Origin: a virus
Taxonomy: Duplodnaviria > Caudoviricetes
Virus record (IMG/VR): IMGVR_UViG_3300035562_000112
Coordinates: 1 to 36,558 of that record
Length of the DNA stretch: 36,558 bases
Strand: one strand, 5' to 3'
Shown here: positions 34,755 through 36,558 of the stretch, piece by piece
Position numbering within the stretch: position 1 is the stretch's first letter
Layout of the letters: each line of letters begins with the position of its first letter
Notes under the pieces: model-generated
Seen by the model: only the letters and a program-made list of their open reading frames with translations
The model's database searches: none
Told to the model about the DNA's origin: nothing
Translations under genes and position numbers: made by a program

Positions 34755-34976
34755 ATGATGCATTGCCCGCTTTGCGGCCAGGCCGCGCACACCCGCTCAT
34801 CAAGCTATATCACCTCAACCACCAAAGAACGTTACAACCAGTGCACCAACATCAATTGTGGGGGCACATTCGTAAGTCATGAAACTTTTACCCGCATGAT
34901 TTCCCAACCGCAAACCGTGGATCCCGTCCAGCCTCACCCCAAAAGCAGCGGGCAAACTTCACTGATCTTTGGCTAA
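34755..34976 (+). CDS. ogr: Ogr/Delta zinc-finger late-gene activator
   Basis: MMHCPLCGQAAHTRSS...KERYNQCTNINCGGTF; GGAG RBS. Confidence 0.95.
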   Translation: MMHCPLCGQAAHTRSSSYITSTTKERYNQCTNINCGGTFVSHETFTRMISQPQTVDPVQPHPKSSGQTSLIFG

Positions 34977-34982
34977 TCAGGG

Positions 34983-35003
34983 TGCCCGCCGAGGTGGGCA
35001 TTT
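34983..35003 (+). terminator. Terminator after ogr
   Basis: TGCCCGC-cgag-GTGGGCA then TTT. Confidence 0.6.
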
Positions 35004-35020
35004 GTCTCATAGTGTTTAAC

Positions 35021-35105
35021 TGTGGTCTTAATGTGGACACTTAAAATTAAAAATACTTATAAATCAATATAAAAACCAATAAAAAAGGGAGGCTTTCGCC
35101 TCCCT
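35021..35105. other. Prophage attachment junction: Int arm sites, IHF-like site, probable core
   Basis: Tandem TGTGGTCT (35021-35028) and TGTGGACA (35032-35039) match the P2 Int arm consensus; AATCAA at 35062-35067 in an AT tract; abuts the host terminator. Confidence 0.65.
35081..35105 (-). terminator. ptsG intrinsic terminator
   Basis: Minus strand AGGGAGGC-GAAA-GCCTCCCT followed by a T run, 19 nt after the ptsG stop. Confidence 0.88.
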
Positions 35106-35124
35106 CAAAACTCCCCTGCCTGAA

Positions 35125-36558
35125 TTAATGGTTACGGATGTACTCGTCCATATCCGTTTTCAGGTTATCAGATTTGGTACCAAAGATAGCCTGAACACCA
35201 GAGCCTGCGACAACTACGCCGGCAGCACCCAGTTTTTTCAGGCCAGCCTGGTCAACCTTACTCACGTCCGCCACGCTAACACGCAGACGGGTGATGCAGG
35301 CATCCAGGTTGGTGATGTTTTCTTTACCGCCGAAAGCCTGAACCAGCGCCGCAGACATTTCAGAACCGCCCTGCGCAACCTGCTCAGAAACAGTGTCTTC
35401 GCGACCTGGGGTTTTCAGATCCAGCTTGGCAATCAGCACACGGAAGATGGTGTAGTACACCAGACCGTAGATGATACCGACGATTGGGAACAGCCAAATT
35501 TTGCTGCTGTTACCGCTCAGTACGATAAAGTCGATCAAACCGTGTGAGAAGCTGGTGCCGTCACGCATACCCAGCAGGATACAGATCGGGAACGCCAGGC
35601 CAGCCAGGATGGCATGGATTGCGTACAGGATCGGCGCGACGAACATGAATGAGAACTCGATCGGTTCGGTGATACCGGTCAGGAACGAGGTCAAGGCAGC
35701 GGAGATCATGATACCGCCGACTTTAGCGCGGTTTTCCGGCTTGGCTGAGTGCCAGATGGCAATCGCAGCAGCAGGCAGACCGTACATTTTGAACAGGAAG
35801 CCGCCGGACAGTTTACCCGCAGTTGGGTCACCCGCCATATAACGTGGGATATCGCCGTGGAATACCTGACCTGCTGCGTTGGTGTACTCACCAATCTGCA
35901 TTTGGAACGGTACGTTCCAGATATGGTGCAGACCAAATGGCACCAGCGCACGTTCAACCACGCCGTAAATACCAAACGCCACTACCGGGTTCTGATAAGC
36001 AGCCCATTGGGAGAAGGTCTGGATAGCCGTACCGATTGGAGGCCAGATGAAGGACAATACTACGCCCAGAACGATCGCCGCCAGGCCGGAGATAATCGGC
36101 ACAAAACGCTTACCTGCAAAGAAGCCCAGGTATTCCGGCAATTGAATGCGGAAGAAGCGGTTGAACATATAGGCAGCGATGGAGCCGGAGATAATCCCCC
36201 CGAGCACACCGGTATCCGCCAAATGTTTGGCCGCAATCTCTTCAGCCGGCAAGTGCAGCACCAAAGGTGCAACCACCGCCATGGTTTTCACCATGATGCC
36301 GTAAGCCACGACTGCAGCCAGTGCGGATACACCGTCGTTGTTTGTGAAGCCCAGGGCAACACCGATGGCGAAAATTAACGGCATATTGGCGAAAACAGAA
36401 CCGCCGGCTTCCGCCATCACGTGGGAGACTACCGCAGGTAGCCAGCTAAAGTTGGCGGAACCGACGCCCAGCAGGATACCTGCTATAGGCAATACGGACA
36501 CCGGCAGCATTAGCGACTTACCTACTTTTTGCAGGTTTGCAAATGCGTTCTTGAACAT
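35125..36558 (-). CDS. ptsG: PTS glucose-specific EIICB component (host gene)
   Basis: 477 aa; [40 protein letters not shown] linker, DACITRL phosphorylation site. Confidence 0.98.
   Translation of the reverse strand: MFKNAFANLQKVGKSLMLPVSVLPIAGILLGVGSANFSWLPAVVSHVMAEAGGSVFANMPLIFAIGVALGFTNNDGVSALAAVVAYGIMVKTMAVVAPLVLHLPAEEIAAKHLADTGVLGGIISGSIAAYMFNRFFRIQLPEYLGFFAGKRFVPIISGLAAIVLGVVLSFIWPPIGTAIQTFSQWAAYQNPVVAFGIYGVVERALVPFGLHHIWNVPFQMQIGEYTNAAGQVFHGDIPRYMAGDPTAGKLSGGFLFKMYGLPAAAIAIWHSAKPENRAKVGGIMISAALTSFLTGITEPIEFSFMFVAPILYAIHAILAGLAFPICILLGMRDGTSFSHGLIDFIVLSGNSSKIWLFPIVGIIYGLVYYTIFRVLIAKLDLKTPGREDTVSEQVAQGGSEMSAALVQAFGGKENITNLDACITRLRVSVADVSKVDQAGLKKLGAAGVVVAGSGVQAIFGTKSDNLKTDMDEYIRNH

Larger units (their letters stand above)
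1..35105. mobile_element. P2-like temperate prophage (left att outside the window)
   Basis: Full P2-type gene order int-C-cox-A-Q-P-O-N-M-L-X-lysis-R-S-V-W-J-I-H-FI-FII-E-T-U-D-ogr, followed by Int arm-type sites and host ptsG. Confidence 0.97.

Noticed and set aside
11073-36378. Many overlapping alternative-frame and antisense ORFs (e.g. 11960-12643, 15290-15799, 31299-32237, 35749-36378)
   Set aside because: They lie within well-supported phage genes or ptsG and lack RBS or motifs; only Rz1 and E' are accepted as real overlaps.
1-36558. tRNA, rRNA or IS transposase genes
   Set aside because: No cloverleaf, rRNA-like or transposase sequence recognised by eye.

Overview
Nearly the whole window (1 to about 35100) is one apparently intact P2-like (Peduoviridae-type) prophage in an Enterobacterales chromosome. 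It is inserted at the terminator just downstream of host ptsG (35125-36558, minus strand); the other att site lies left of the window. Core order: int, C repressor and cox switch, early genes, replication protein A with internal ori, portal/terminase/capsid, lysis, tail, ogr. Accessory loci: (i) a secreted VasI/TagO-like gene between C and int; (ii) an antisense moron before gene A; (iii) the A-to-portal hotspot, with an AT-rich 346-aa putative RNase gene, a cos-like site that looks inverted, and a compact unit made of a palindromic promoter, a Met-Arg-Arg-stop rare-codon minigene, a highly structured ~250-nt leader, an RHH gene and a PemK/MazF-like gene; (iv) an SGNH-esterase tailspike module placed before a short gpH; (v) a stand-alone TIR gene inside ~82-bp inverted repeats with a flanking target duplication, resembling a non-autonomous mobile cassette. 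The best candidates for undescribed biology are the RNA+RHH+PemK unit (9573-10680) and the IR-bounded TIR cassette (26064-27780). All family assignments come from motif recognition by eye and from memory; no database searches or folding programs were run.
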